Part shown: one piece after another, positions 19,068 through 27,298 of the stretch
How positions within the stretch are numbered: the stretch's first letter is position 1
Layout: each line of letters starts with the position of its first letter
IMG/VR virus record: IMGVR_UViG_3300013121_000033
Coordinates: 1-64,000 of that record
DNA length: 64,000 bases
DNA from: a virus
Lineage: Duplodnaviria; Caudoviricetes
Strand: one strand, 5' to 3'
Program-made: the position numbers and the translations under genes
The notes under the pieces: generated by a model
Database searches by the model: none
Seen by the model: only the letters and a program-made list of their open reading frames with translations
Told to the model about the DNA's origin: nothing

Positions 19068-20477
19068 TCAGCCCCTCCACACCGGCGCGAGCCTCGACGG
19101 GTCGAACCACGCCCGAGGAAGACCCGCCCGCGACCCGGACGGCCGCAGGTCGATGTGGTCGAACATCAGCTCGAACACCGCCCGCCGGTGGTCGACGCTC
19201 ATCTCCGGCCACCGTCGGGCCAGCTCCCCCGCGCCAGGCACCGCGGCCAACGCGACATCGGTGGTGAGCGACGACAGCCCCGCCTCGGTCGCCTCGATCC
19301 GATCCGTGAGCCGCTGCCTCGCGGCGAGCCACTCGCCGCGGTCGAGGTCCCCGTCCGCCCACATCTCGACCAGCTCGGCGAGACGGGCCCGGTCGGCGCC
19401 CAGCTGCTTCGCGAGCCGCGCCTGCTCGGTGTCGTGGTCGATCGCCGCGTCGACCGCCCGCGCGACCTTCGACGCGAACTCGACCGAGTCGACGAACGTG
19501 AGGACCATCTCGAGCACGGCCGCCTCGACGTGCTCGGCGATCCCGGTGACCCCGGAGCACCCGAAGCGTTCCGGCGGTGGGCACTTGTACATCGGCTTGC
19601 CGTGCTGGTAGCCGCCGTTGAGCGGCGCCGAGCACTTCCCGCACCGCAGTATCCCCGACAGCGGGTACACCCTCGCGGCCTGCCTGCGAGGCCCCACCGC
19701 CCGCCGGCGGAAGAAGGCGACCACCTGGTCGTGGGTGTCGAGATCGAGGATCGGCTCCCACTCGGCGATCGCTACGACCTGGTCATCCCGGACCCGCAGG
19801 CCGGCGTACCTCGCTGCCGTGAGCGTCCGTCGCACCGTCGTGTCGGTCCACCGGTGCCCGTACGGCGTCGTGACGCCCCGGTCGTTCCAGTCGCGCCGGA
19901 TCGCCGACAGCGGCTCACCGGACAGGAGCCGATCGACCGCGGCCCGGAGCTCGTCAGCCTCCGCCTCGACGATCGCGTCGCGGCTGGCGGTGTACCCGAA
20001 GACCCGCATCCCGCCCCCGAACGCCCCCCGCTCGGCGAGCTCGGCGTGCTTGCGCCGCAGCCGGCGCGACTTGTCGGCGGACTCCTTCCGCGCGACGGCC
20101 GCCATCAGCGTGGACATGAACTCGTCGTCGCCGTCGTCCGGGTCGAACTCCCCCGACGGTGTCGCGACGAGCCCGACGCCGGCGTCCCGACAGGCGGCGA
20201 GGAACAGCTGCTGGTCGAGCACCGACCGCCACAGGCGATCGGAGTGCCACGCGACGACCACGTCGACCCGCCCGTCGGCCACCAGGTCGAGGAGCTCGTC
20301 GTAGCCGGGCCGATCCCCGCCGCTGTACGCCGACCGGTCGTTGTCCTCGCACCGCGCGACCACCTCCCAGCCACGGCGACTGCACAGCGCCTCGCAGTCC
20401 TCGAGCTGGCGCGCGACCCCGGCGGCGGTGCCTGCGCGGTCCTTCGAGATGCGCGTGTAGATCACGGCTCTGGCCAT
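19068..20477 (-). CDS. int: Large serine recombinase (integrase)
   Basis: YTRIS catalytic Ser, DRLWR, recombinase domain, Zn ribbon LSGILRCGKC..YKC..C, coiled coil. Confidence 0.95.
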   Translation of the reverse strand: MARAVIYTRISKDRAGTAAGVARQLEDCEALCSRRGWEVVARCEDNDRSAYSGGDRPGYDELLDLVADGRVDVVVAWHSDRLWRSVLDQQLFLAACRDAGVGLVATPSGEFDPDDGDDEFMSTLMAAVARKESADKSRRLRRKHAELAERGAFGGGMRVFGYTASRDAIVEAEADELRAAVDRLLSGEPLSAIRRDWNDRGVTTPYGHRWTDTTVRRTLTAARYAGLRVRDDQVVAIAEWEPILDLDTHDQVVAFFRRRAVGPRRQAARVYPLSGILRCGKCSAPLNGGYQHGKPMYKCPPPERFGCSGVTGIAEHVEAAVLEMVLTFVDSVEFASKVARAVDAAIDHDTEQARLAKQLGADRARLAELVEMWADGDLDRGEWLAARQRLTDRIEATEAGLSSLTTDVALAAVPGAGELARRWPEMSVDHRRAVFELMFDHIDLRPSGSRAGLPRAWFDPSRLAPVWRG

Positions 20478-20483
20478 GGGCTC

Positions 20484-20505
20484 ATCCTCCCCAGCCCCAC
20501 CGACA
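20484..20505 (-). promoter_or_regulatory. RecA-NDp/PafBC-type DNA-damage promoter, leaderless, for the integrase
   Basis: TGTCGGTG-N8-GAGGAT-N6-ATG. Confidence 0.6.
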
Positions 20506-20550
20506 GGAACGGCTGTGACATCGAGAGGTAGCCCAGGCGACCGCGCGATG

Positions 20551-21201
20551 TCAACCGTCGTCGTCGGGCCGGTCCGCTCCCCACCGCCACACGGCGGGGC
20601 GCTCTAGGCGGTAGCCCGTGGCGGTCATCACGGTGTCGGGTAGCAGCGACTTCCGGATCTTCGATCGACTGATGGTGAAAGCCTCTGGGTCCACGGTGCG
20701 CAAGTGCTGCGAGGGTCGCTCAGGTGGGAACGCAACGATCACCCGCTTCCCCGCAGCACGTACCGCCTCGACGGCGGCGACCTGGTCGGCGTCGCCCGAG
20801 ATAAGCATGACGGTGTCGTAGGCATCAGCGTGGGCACCGGTGACCATGTCGACCGCGAGGTTGACGTCGGTCCGCTTCTCGACACGCCGGTCGGTCGTCC
20901 TGTCGCAGTGCTTGCAGTCCCACGGCTCGTACCGGACGAACCCCTCGATGATCTCGAGCTGAGGCGGCGGCCGGTGCGCACGGAGAGCATCGAGGTAGAG
21001 GCTCTGGCGTTCCCGGCTGTCCGCGGGCCTCTTCACCCGGGCCGTGTAGTACCTGACCGACTCGAGGTAGTGGTCTGCCGGGAGAAGCCGCTCGACGAGG
21101 TCGACCAGGTCGAGCCACAACGCGCCACGAAGGCCGGCCTCGTCCAGGCCGAAGTACAGGTTGAACCCGTCGATGTGGGCTCGTAGGCGCTGCAGCGACA
21201 T
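20551..21201 (-). CDS. NYN (LabA/DUF88, PIN-fold) ribonuclease
   Basis: IDGFNLY, VRYYTA, EKRTDVNLAVD, LISGDAD. Confidence 0.92.
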   Translation of the reverse strand: MSLQRLRAHIDGFNLYFGLDEAGLRGALWLDLVDLVERLLPADHYLESVRYYTARVKRPADSRERQSLYLDALRAHRPPPQLEIIEGFVRYEPWDCKHCDRTTDRRVEKRTDVNLAVDMVTGAHADAYDTVMLISGDADQVAAVEAVRAAGKRVIVAFPPERPSQHLRTVDPEAFTISRSKIRKSLLPDTVMTATGYRLERPAVWRWGADRPDDDG

Positions 21202-21224
21202 CGGTCACGTCCCGCGTGGAGGGC

Positions 21225-21327
21225 TTGAAGTCCGGAGCGGCTCGCCGATATGGTGATACGTACACCGCCAGCGAGAGCATCGCTGGACCTGACGGCCCCC
21301 CGCTCCGGCGGGGGGTTCGTTGTTTTT
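21225..21327 (+). ncRNA. Candidate ~70-nt small RNA with its own promoter and terminator, divergent from NYN
   Basis: TTGAAG-18-TATGGT; stem CCAGCGA/TCGCTGG; stem CCCCCCGC/GCGGGGGG followed by TTCGTTGTTTTT. Confidence 0.6.
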
Positions 21328-21435
21328 CCCACAACGAACGTTCGGGCCATCTTCCACCCCCTCGCGGTCTTTCATCAACCGACATCGGTGTGATTCGAGG
21401 CACTTGTGACTCAGGTCACGTGTGGGCGCCTGCGC

Positions 21436-21891
21436 TCAGGCGGACATCCGACGGGCCCGCACGATCTCGAGTTCCCGGAGCGCTTGCGAGGCAACGACCT
21501 GGGGGACCTCGAACTCGTCGGCGACGTCGGCGGCGGTGACCCCATGGCCAAGGCCGGCGACCCGGTCGACCATCGGGCCGAGCTCGTCGAGCGGCACGAG
21601 CCGTAGCGCCACCTCGCGGTGGATGCGGTTCTCCTCGCGTACGACCTCGACCGAGAGCGCACCGCGGATGTTGCGACAGTGCGAGATCGTCCCGCGCTCG
21701 AGGTGGAGCAGCTCGTGCGCGAGCGCGACCTTCCGCTCGGCCTGGGTGAGCCGCCGGTCGAGCACGATCACCGTCGCCGGGCCCCGCCTGGCCAGCACGG
21801 CGCCGCCGGTCTCGTTGGGGAGCTCGGCGAACGTCATGGTGACGTCCGGGAGCTGCTTGAGGACCCGCCACGGCGACCAGCGTTGAGACAT
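21436..21891 (-). CDS. ImmA/IrrE-family metallopeptidase (antirepressor protease)
   Basis: ERKVALAHELLH, E..., ADEFEV HTH. Confidence 0.88.
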   Translation of the reverse strand: MSQRWSPWRVLKQLPDVTMTFAELPNETGGAVLARRGPATVIVLDRRLTQAERKVALAHELLHLERGTISHCRNIRGALSVEVVREENRIHREVALRLVPLDELGPMVDRVAGLGHGVTAADVADEFEVPQVVASQALRELEIVRARRMSA

Positions 21892-21897
21892 CGCGCG

Positions 21898-21919
21898 ACC
21901 CTACGAAGGGGGTGTGACG
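21898..21919 (-). promoter_or_regulatory. RecA-NDp/PafBC-type promoter, leaderless, for the ImmA-like gene
   Basis: CGTCACAC-N8-TAGGGT-N6-ATG. Confidence 0.55.
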
Positions 21920-22010
21920 GTCTGGGCTTGGCCGTGCCGACTACCCCATCCGCGCGCGCGGCCTCCGGCGGGCTTACGGTGCGGTCTTGCGGCCCCCACC
22001 CGCCCATGGT

Positions 22011-22040
22011 AGATCTTTGGATCTCAAGATCTTTAGATCT
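22011..22040. repeat. Four tandem RGATCY sites at 8-bp period upstream of the RM operon
   Basis: AGATCT 22011, GGATCT 22019, AGATCT 22027, AGATCT 22035. Confidence 0.95.
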
Positions 22041-22056
22041 TCCAGAGGGGGCAAGC

Positions 22057-22332
22057 ATGGCAAGGACGACGGGCACGGCGAGCGTGGCAGACCTCGTGAA
22101 GTCCGGGACACTGAAGCCCGGCGAGCGCCTCGAGGCGCGCCGGCGGTCGGCGCCGGCTATCGCCGCGTCGGTGAGCGAGACTGGGCTTATCAAGGTCGGC
22201 CGCAAGGAATTCCGCACACCGACCGAAGCGGCGAAGGCCGCGCTCAACCGGACCTCGGTCGATGGCTGGCTGACGTGGCGGGTGCCACGACTCGACGACC
22301 GCACTCTTGCCGACGTGAGGGACGGCCGATGA
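22057..22332 (+). CDS. Stand-alone RAMA-domain protein
   Basis: DLVKSGTLKPGERL...G.I.V....F.TPTEAA...DGWLTW...L.D.R pattern of RAMA (DUF4357-like). Confidence 0.8.
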   Translation: MARTTGTASVADLVKSGTLKPGERLEARRRSAPAIAASVSETGLIKVGRKEFRTPTEAAKAALNRTSVDGWLTWRVPRLDDRTLADVRDGR

Positions 22333-22952
22333 TCGACCTCACCCTCGACCACCTCGGCGGCGTCCCGTTCGGGACCGTGCTCGCGGACCCGCCGTGGCGG
22401 TTCCAGAACCGCACCGGCAAGGTCGCACCGGAGCACCGCCGACTGTCCCGCTACGACACCATGACCACCGCGGAGATCTGCGACCTCCCCGTAGCCGACC
22501 TGATGGCCGACCAGTCGCACTGCTACCTGTGGGTCCCGAACGCGCTCCTCGCTGACGGCCTAGCGGTGATGGAGGCCTGGGGGTTCACGTACAAGTCGAT
22601 GGTCGTGTGGGCCAAGCGCCGCAAGGACGGCGGCCCCGACGGTCGCGGTGTCGGCTTCTACTTCCGCAACGTCACTGAGCCGATCCTGTTCGGGGTGCGC
22701 GGCAAGCTCCGCACACTCGAGCCCGGCCGCCGCCAGGTCAACATGATCGAGACCCGCAAGCGCGAGCACTCCCGCAAGCCCGACGAGCAGTACGACATCA
22801 TCGAGGCCTGCTCGCCGGGCCCGTTCCTGGAACTGTTCGCCCGCTACCCGCGTGAGGGCTGGTCAACGTGGGGCAACGAGGCCGACCCCGAGGTCGTGCC
22901 CCGCGGCCGCCAGTGGCCGACCTACGGCGGCGTACCGGTCGCCGGCACCTAG
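22329..22952 (+). CDS. MT-A70 family DNA methyltransferase
   Basis: LADPPW, YLWVPN, WGFTYK, EHSRKP, LELFAR, WGNE. Confidence 0.93.
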   Translation: MIDLTLDHLGGVPFGTVLADPPWRFQNRTGKVAPEHRRLSRYDTMTTAEICDLPVADLMADQSHCYLWVPNALLADGLAVMEAWGFTYKSMVVWAKRRKDGGPDGRGVGFYFRNVTEPILFGVRGKLRTLEPGRRQVNMIETRKREHSRKPDEQYDIIEACSPGPFLELFARYPREGWSTWGNEADPEVVPRGRQWPTYGGVPVAGT

Positions 22953-23614
22953 CTGACCCGGATCCGGTAGGTCAACGGCGAGATCGCCACAGCGAGCACC
23001 GGGCATCCACCGGGGTCGCCCCGGGTGAGCCTCGGCTCGAGCTTCTCGAGGTTGGTCGTCGTCGAGGTGTCGAACTTCTTCTCGTCTGCGCCGCGCTGCG
23101 CAGCGAGTTCTCGGATCGACTGGGTCCGGGTGATGATCACGGCACCGTCGATGACGCCCTCCTGGTAGAGCGCCCGGTAGGCGGACAGGTCCCTGTCGAG
23201 GTTGCCGTCCTTGGCGTTCCACTCGACGTCTAGCGCGACCCGCCCCTTGAGGTTGTCGACCTTGTAGCTCTCCGACTGCACCGTGCTGACGTACTCGAGG
23301 ACGGTCTTCTCGCCGGCGGTCCGCCACGGCATGACCCTCTTGACGCTGGTCACCTCGAGGTTGTGCTGGCCCTCGCGCCATCCGAGCTCACGGAACTTGT
23401 CGTCGAGCGCCCTGGCGGTGATCGACTTGTTGCCCCCGGGTGAGAGGAGGTCCTCGTCGGTCAGGTCGAACCAGTCGAGGACGTCCACGATCTCTCGCAG
23501 CTCGTCGGGGTTCGTTGCGGCGAGCACGACGGCGGCGTTGCGCGTCTCCCGCATCTCGTAGCGGCGCAGGACGTAGTCCGGCATCACGTCGAGATAGCTG
23601 AAGGTCAGGTCCAC
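22949..23614 (-). CDS. BglII/BstYI-family type II restriction endonuclease
   Basis: PGGNKS, KVDNLKGRVALDVEWNAKD..DRDL, GAVIITR, GGCPVL; convergent with the MTase. Confidence 0.88.
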   Translation of the reverse strand: MDLTFSYLDVMPDYVLRRYEMRETRNAAVVLAATNPDELREIVDVLDWFDLTDEDLLSPGGNKSITARALDDKFRELGWREGQHNLEVTSVKRVMPWRTAGEKTVLEYVSTVQSESYKVDNLKGRVALDVEWNAKDGNLDRDLSAYRALYQEGVIDGAVIITRTQSIRELAAQRGADEKKFDTSTTTNLEKLEPRLTRGDPGGCPVLAVAISPLTYRIRVS

Positions 23615-23710
23615 GCCATCGGCTCCCCCGGCGCCGCACCCCCAGGAGCGACGACCAGGCGCCGAGGTTACCCGCCTGAGAAGTGGCCCACGGTGACGCC
23701 AGGCGACACC

Positions 23711-23974
23711 TCAGGTGGCCGGGTCCAGCTGGTCTGCCATCCCTCGGAGCACCCCGGCTGCGAACACCCGCAGCTCGTCGGCCAGGTCGTCGTGCCCGGC
23801 CTGTCGGAGGGTGTCCACGACCTCGGCGAGATCGTGATCCCGCCAGTCGGTGAGTGGCTGAGCGAGCCGATCCCCGATCCGGAGCCCGTCGAGCCACACG
23901 GCGGCCTCGCCGGCGATGCCCTGATCGGCTGCGGCCCGATCGAGCGCGGCGGCGAGCTCGTCGGCCAGGGTCAC
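23711..23974 (-). CDS. Hypothetical protein downstream of the repressor
   Basis: ORF with coding-like codon usage. Confidence 0.55.
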   Translation of the reverse strand: MTLADELAAALDRAAADQGIAGEAAVWLDGLRIGDRLAQPLTDWRDHDLAEVVDTLRQAGHDDLADELRVFAAGVLRGMADQLDPAT

Positions 23975-23982
23975 CTGGTCAG

Positions 23983-24399
23983 CTACTTGTCGCCGTCGAG
24001 GTAGGGCTTCACGATCCTGATGACGGCCTGGCGGACCTCGTCGGGAACGTGGCGCATCGCGCTGTTGAAGTCCAGCTCGATCTCCTCATCCCCCGGCCGT
24101 GGCGGCGGTTCCGGCGCGTCCTCGCCGGCGATGAAGAGGCGGATCACGGTCAGCAGCCGGTGGTCAGGTGGGTCGATGGCAGCCTCGGCGTCGTAGAGCG
24201 TCCGCCACTCCTCCGAGGTCACGCCTAGGAGCTCGTTGACCTCGGCCAGCGTTGCGACGCTGGGGGCCACGCCCGATTCCCACTTCGAGACCGACTGCTG
24301 GGTGACGCCGAGCTTGTCGGCCATGGCCTTCTGTGAGAGGCCGCGAGATGTGCGAACGGCGCGCATGAACTCGGTCATGGCCTGATGGTGAGCGTCCAC
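23983..24399 (-). CDS. XRE-family immunity repressor (CI-like)
   Basis: GLSQKAMADKLGVTQQSVSKWESG; divergent from the Cro-like gene. Confidence 0.88.
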   Translation of the reverse strand: MDAHHQAMTEFMRAVRTSRGLSQKAMADKLGVTQQSVSKWESGVAPSVATLAEVNELLGVTSEEWRTLYDAEAAIDPPDHRLLTVIRLFIAGEDAPEPPPRPGDEEIELDFNSAMRHVPDEVRQAVIRIVKPYLDGDK

Positions 24400-24464
24400 C
24401 GCCCGAAACCCTAGTGCCCACCCGATGAATCTCCCTACTGGTGTAGTTACGGCGGTGAGATTTC

Positions 24465-24513
24465 ACAACTCACGGTGTTGACAACCCACGGTTATGAGTT
24501 GTACAACTCACGG
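24465..24513. promoter_or_regulatory. Genetic-switch operators and rightward promoter
   Basis: ACAACYCACGG x3 (24465, 24481, 24503); palindrome TGAGTTGTACAACTCA 24495-24510; TTGACA at 24478. Confidence 0.8.
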
Positions 24514-24514
24514 C

Positions 24515-24793
24515 GTGCCCGATCACGCCAGCAGGCGTCAGCCCACCGTGCAGACCGGCCTAGGCACCGCCTGGGGCCAGAACGTCCGTGATCGCCGCCA
24601 GGCGCTCGGCCTCTCGCAGGACCAGCTCGCCGACCTCTGCGGCGTCACCCAGTCCGCCATCTCGAAGATCGAGAGCGGGGCGATGATCCCCCTGGACCGT
24701 CTCAAGGTCACGATCTCGGCCAAGCTCGGCACCACCCCGACGGACCTCTTCCCGTGGCCTCCGATGGCCGAGCTGGTCGGGGGTGCGGCGTGA
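24515..24793 (+). CDS. Cro-like XRE regulator
   Basis: GLSQDQLADLCGVTQSAISKIESG; probable leaderless GTG. Confidence 0.85.
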   Translation: MPDHASRRQPTVQTGLGTAWGQNVRDRRQALGLSQDQLADLCGVTQSAISKIESGAMIPLDRLKVTISAKLGTTPTDLFPWPPMAELVGGAA

Positions 24794-24951
24794 TCACCGC
24801 TGCCGACGTGGCGCGCCAGTCGCGGATCGAGCAGGGCCTCGACGAGACGGTCGACCCGGCGATCGTCGAGAGGGTCGCGCAGGTGGTGGCCAGGGCCTCG
24901 ACTCCCCCGCCGCCGGCGACCGGTCGCGTTCCCCGCAAGGCGGCGGCGTGA
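24790..24951 (+). CDS. Hypothetical early protein
   Basis: GTGA coupling; SR.EQGL..TV.DP motif common after cro in actinophages. Confidence 0.6.
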   Translation: MITAADVARQSRIEQGLDETVDPAIVERVAQVVARASTPPPPATGRVPRKAAA

Positions 24952-25289
24952 CCCGGCCGGCGGCGATGAGCGTCGGGCAGCTTCGCGAGGCGTTGATGGG
25001 GTACCGGCCGGACGCGCCGGTGATGATCCACCCGACCGGTGACCCGGACGACCCGATCGTGCCGTTGTCGCACCTGGGTCGGGGCGCGACGTTCCCGCTC
25101 GACGGCGAGGGGTTCCCGACCGGCGAGGCGGCGGTTCCGTACCCGCTGTTGGTGGTCGCCCCGGGTGTGCCGCACCTGGTGGCCGAGGACGTCCCGGCCG
25201 GCGAGGCCCAGGCCGTCGACGGCGACGTGCTGCTGGCCAAGGTCGGCGAGAAGGTGCTCGCTGCCATCGATCGGGACCTCGGCCGATGA
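24948..25289 (+). CDS. Hypothetical early protein
   Basis: Coupled ORF; MSVGQLREAL..Y.PDAPV. Confidence 0.6.
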   Translation: MTRPAAMSVGQLREALMGYRPDAPVMIHPTGDPDDPIVPLSHLGRGATFPLDGEGFPTGEAAVPYPLLVVAPGVPHLVAEDVPAGEAQAVDGDVLLAKVGEKVLAAIDRDLGR

Positions 25290-25528
25290 CCCGCCGGTCG
25301 GTCGAGACCGCTCTGGCGGTGGCGTCGGGTGACCGGCTGGTCCGGTTCGCGTCGCTGCCTGGTGCGGTTGACCCGGACGACGACGAGCTGCTCGCTCGGT
25401 TGGAGCGCCGGTACGAGATGGGTCAGCAGGCGGGCCGTGACCCGCAGGCGGGGTGGCTGCGCCGGCGGATCGCCGAGCTGCGCGCCCGGAGCTCGAAGAA
25501 GTCGTCCATGTCGAAGGGGGATCGCTGA
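25286..25528 (+). CDS. Hypothetical early protein
   Basis: Translationally coupled ORF. Confidence 0.55.
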   Translation: MTRRSVETALAVASGDRLVRFASLPGAVDPDDDELLARLERRYEMGQQAGRDPQAGWLRRRIAELRARSSKKSSMSKGDR

Positions 25529-25758
25529 TGGCGCGTGCCCGTACCGAGGCGGCGCGTGAGGTCGTGCGCCGAGCGAACCGGATCAAGTTGCAGCGGCGCC
25601 GGGTGTTCCCGGGCCGGGTGGCGTACCCGACCCGGCTGTACTCGATGCGCCAGCTGGACCAGGCGGTGTGCCTGGTCCGCCGGCGGGGCACGGCCCGTGA
25701 CCAGAAGGTGTTGGTCGCGGCCGGGTTCCGGCCGTCGCGCACGGTGGGGGCCCGCTGA
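25528..25758 (+). CDS. Hypothetical basic protein
   Basis: RBS GAAGGGGG; TGATG coupling. Confidence 0.55.
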   Translation: MARARTEAAREVVRRANRIKLQRRRVFPGRVAYPTRLYSMRQLDQAVCLVRRRGTARDQKVLVAAGFRPSRTVGAR

Positions 25759-26267
25759 TGGGCTGGTTCCGCCGTGGCCGTGGCGTGAAGCCTTCCCCGG
25801 GGAACGGGCTCGGCGGTGTCCCGCCCGCCGTCGAGCCCCCCGGGGCTGTCCGTGCCGGCGGGGAGGGTTCCCCAGGCCGTGAGGCCGGGAGCGGTGCGCC
25901 GCTGTCCGTCGACCCCACCCCCGCCGGCACGTCCCCCGCCGAGGTGGCGGCCCGGATGCTGCACCCGGCGTACACCGCCCAGCAGGTCGCGGCGACGACC
26001 CGAGCGGTGACGGACGACACGATCTTCTTGTTGACGGCGAACGACCCGTCGACGTTCCGCCTCTACCAGGAGCGCCTGCTCGAGGTGGCGCATCACCCGG
26101 CTCGTGCGTACTCGGCCCTGTCGGCGCTGTCGACGTTCGCGGTGGGGCTGATCCTGGCGCCACCGGCGCCGGGCACCTCGCGTGACGAGGTGATCCAGGA
26201 CTGGCGCGGGTTCCTCGACGCGATGTCGGCCCAGGTCGTCGCCGACGCGGAGAAGCGGGAGCGGTGA
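25758..26267 (+). CDS. Hypothetical early protein
   Basis: Coupled ORF. Confidence 0.55.
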   Translation: MGWFRRGRGVKPSPGNGLGGVPPAVEPPGAVRAGGEGSPGREAGSGAPLSVDPTPAGTSPAEVAARMLHPAYTAQQVAATTRAVTDDTIFLLTANDPSTFRLYQERLLEVAHHPARAYSALSALSTFAVGLILAPPAPGTSRDEVIQDWRGFLDAMSAQVVADAEKRER

Positions 26268-26565
26268 GGGACGCGACCGTGGCCGAGTTCGAGCGGCTCG
26301 TGGCCGCCCATGGTTCTGTCGGCGAGGAGGGGTCCCCGCACGAAAGCGACGGGGCAGGCCCCCCGCCCGGGTCTGGCGTGTCCCCGACCCGCGCCGGCAG
26401 CGGCCGTACCCGACCGGGAGGAACGGTGACCCCCAGCACCGCCCGGCCGGGTACGGCCACCCCCCTGATCCAGGCGCCGCCACGTCCTCGTGGCGATGAC
26501 CGCCGCTCGATCGACCGTTGGGCCACCCGCACCGCCGCGCTGGCCCGTGCCACCGGAGGCGCGCG

Positions 26566-26988
26566 ATGACGCAGGTGCAGCCCCGCTTCAAGGACGACCA
26601 GGTCGACTGCCCGTGCGGCTGCCCGGCGTTCGGCCGCCTGAACCGGGCGACCGGCCACACGTTCAACTGCCACGACGCTTGCCCGACGTGCGCGAACCCG
26701 AAGCGCCGGGTCCGGATGCGGTTCGAGAAGCGCCGGGTCCCGACCGCGGTGCGCCGCCAGGTCGCCGCCCGGGCCCATGGCCTGTGCGAGGCCCGGGTGT
26801 CCGAGGACTGCATGAACGGCGGCGTCCACGCGCACCACCGCCGTCGCCGCTCGCAGGGCGGCCTCGACACCGCCGAGAACCTGCTGTGGGTGTGCACCCC
26901 GTGCCACCTGTGGGTCCACGAGCACGTCGCCGAGGCCGTGGAGCGCGGCTTCCTGATCGCCACGGAGGTGGCCGATGCCCACGAATGA
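26566..26988 (+). CDS. HNH endonuclease with N-terminal Zn finger
   Basis: CPCGC; HAHHRRRRSQGG..NLLWVCTPCHLWVH. Confidence 0.85.
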   Translation: MTQVQPRFKDDQVDCPCGCPAFGRLNRATGHTFNCHDACPTCANPKRRVRMRFEKRRVPTAVRRQVAARAHGLCEARVSEDCMNGGVHAHHRRRRSQGGLDTAENLLWVCTPCHLWVHEHVAEAVERGFLIATEVADAHE

Positions 26989-27298
26989 CCCGGTCCGCTC
27001 GTTCAACGAGTGGATCCTCGACCACGCACGCGGGTCCCTCAACGACGAGATGACCGCGGCGCTCGCCGACCTCGTCCTGGCCGTCACATCGATGGAGAAG
27101 GCCAAGGGCACCGTCGTGCTGAAGATCACGGTCGAGCAGGCCGGGACCGGCGACCGGACCGTGCTCACGTCCGGTGAGGTCACCACGAAGCTTCCCCGCC
27201 CCGCCGCCCCGCGCTCGGTGTTCTACCCCGACGACGCCGGCGGCCTCCACCGCTCCGACCCCGACCGACCGTCCCTGTTCAAGGAGAACCAGCCGTGA
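26975..27298 (+). CDS. Conserved partner of DUF2303 (YfdP-like)
   Basis: LV.AV....KG.V.LKI.V; F.....G.L.R.DP; upstream of DUF2303. Confidence 0.65.
   Translation: MPTNDPVRSFNEWILDHARGSLNDEMTAALADLVLAVTSMEKAKGTVVLKITVEQAGTGDRTVLTSGEVTTKLPRPAAPRSVFYPDDAGGLHRSDPDRPSLFKENQP

Noticed and set aside
26264-26569. 101-aa ORF
   Set aside because: Low-complexity Pro/Gly/Thr with hairpin-like sequence; coding status doubtful, so not called.
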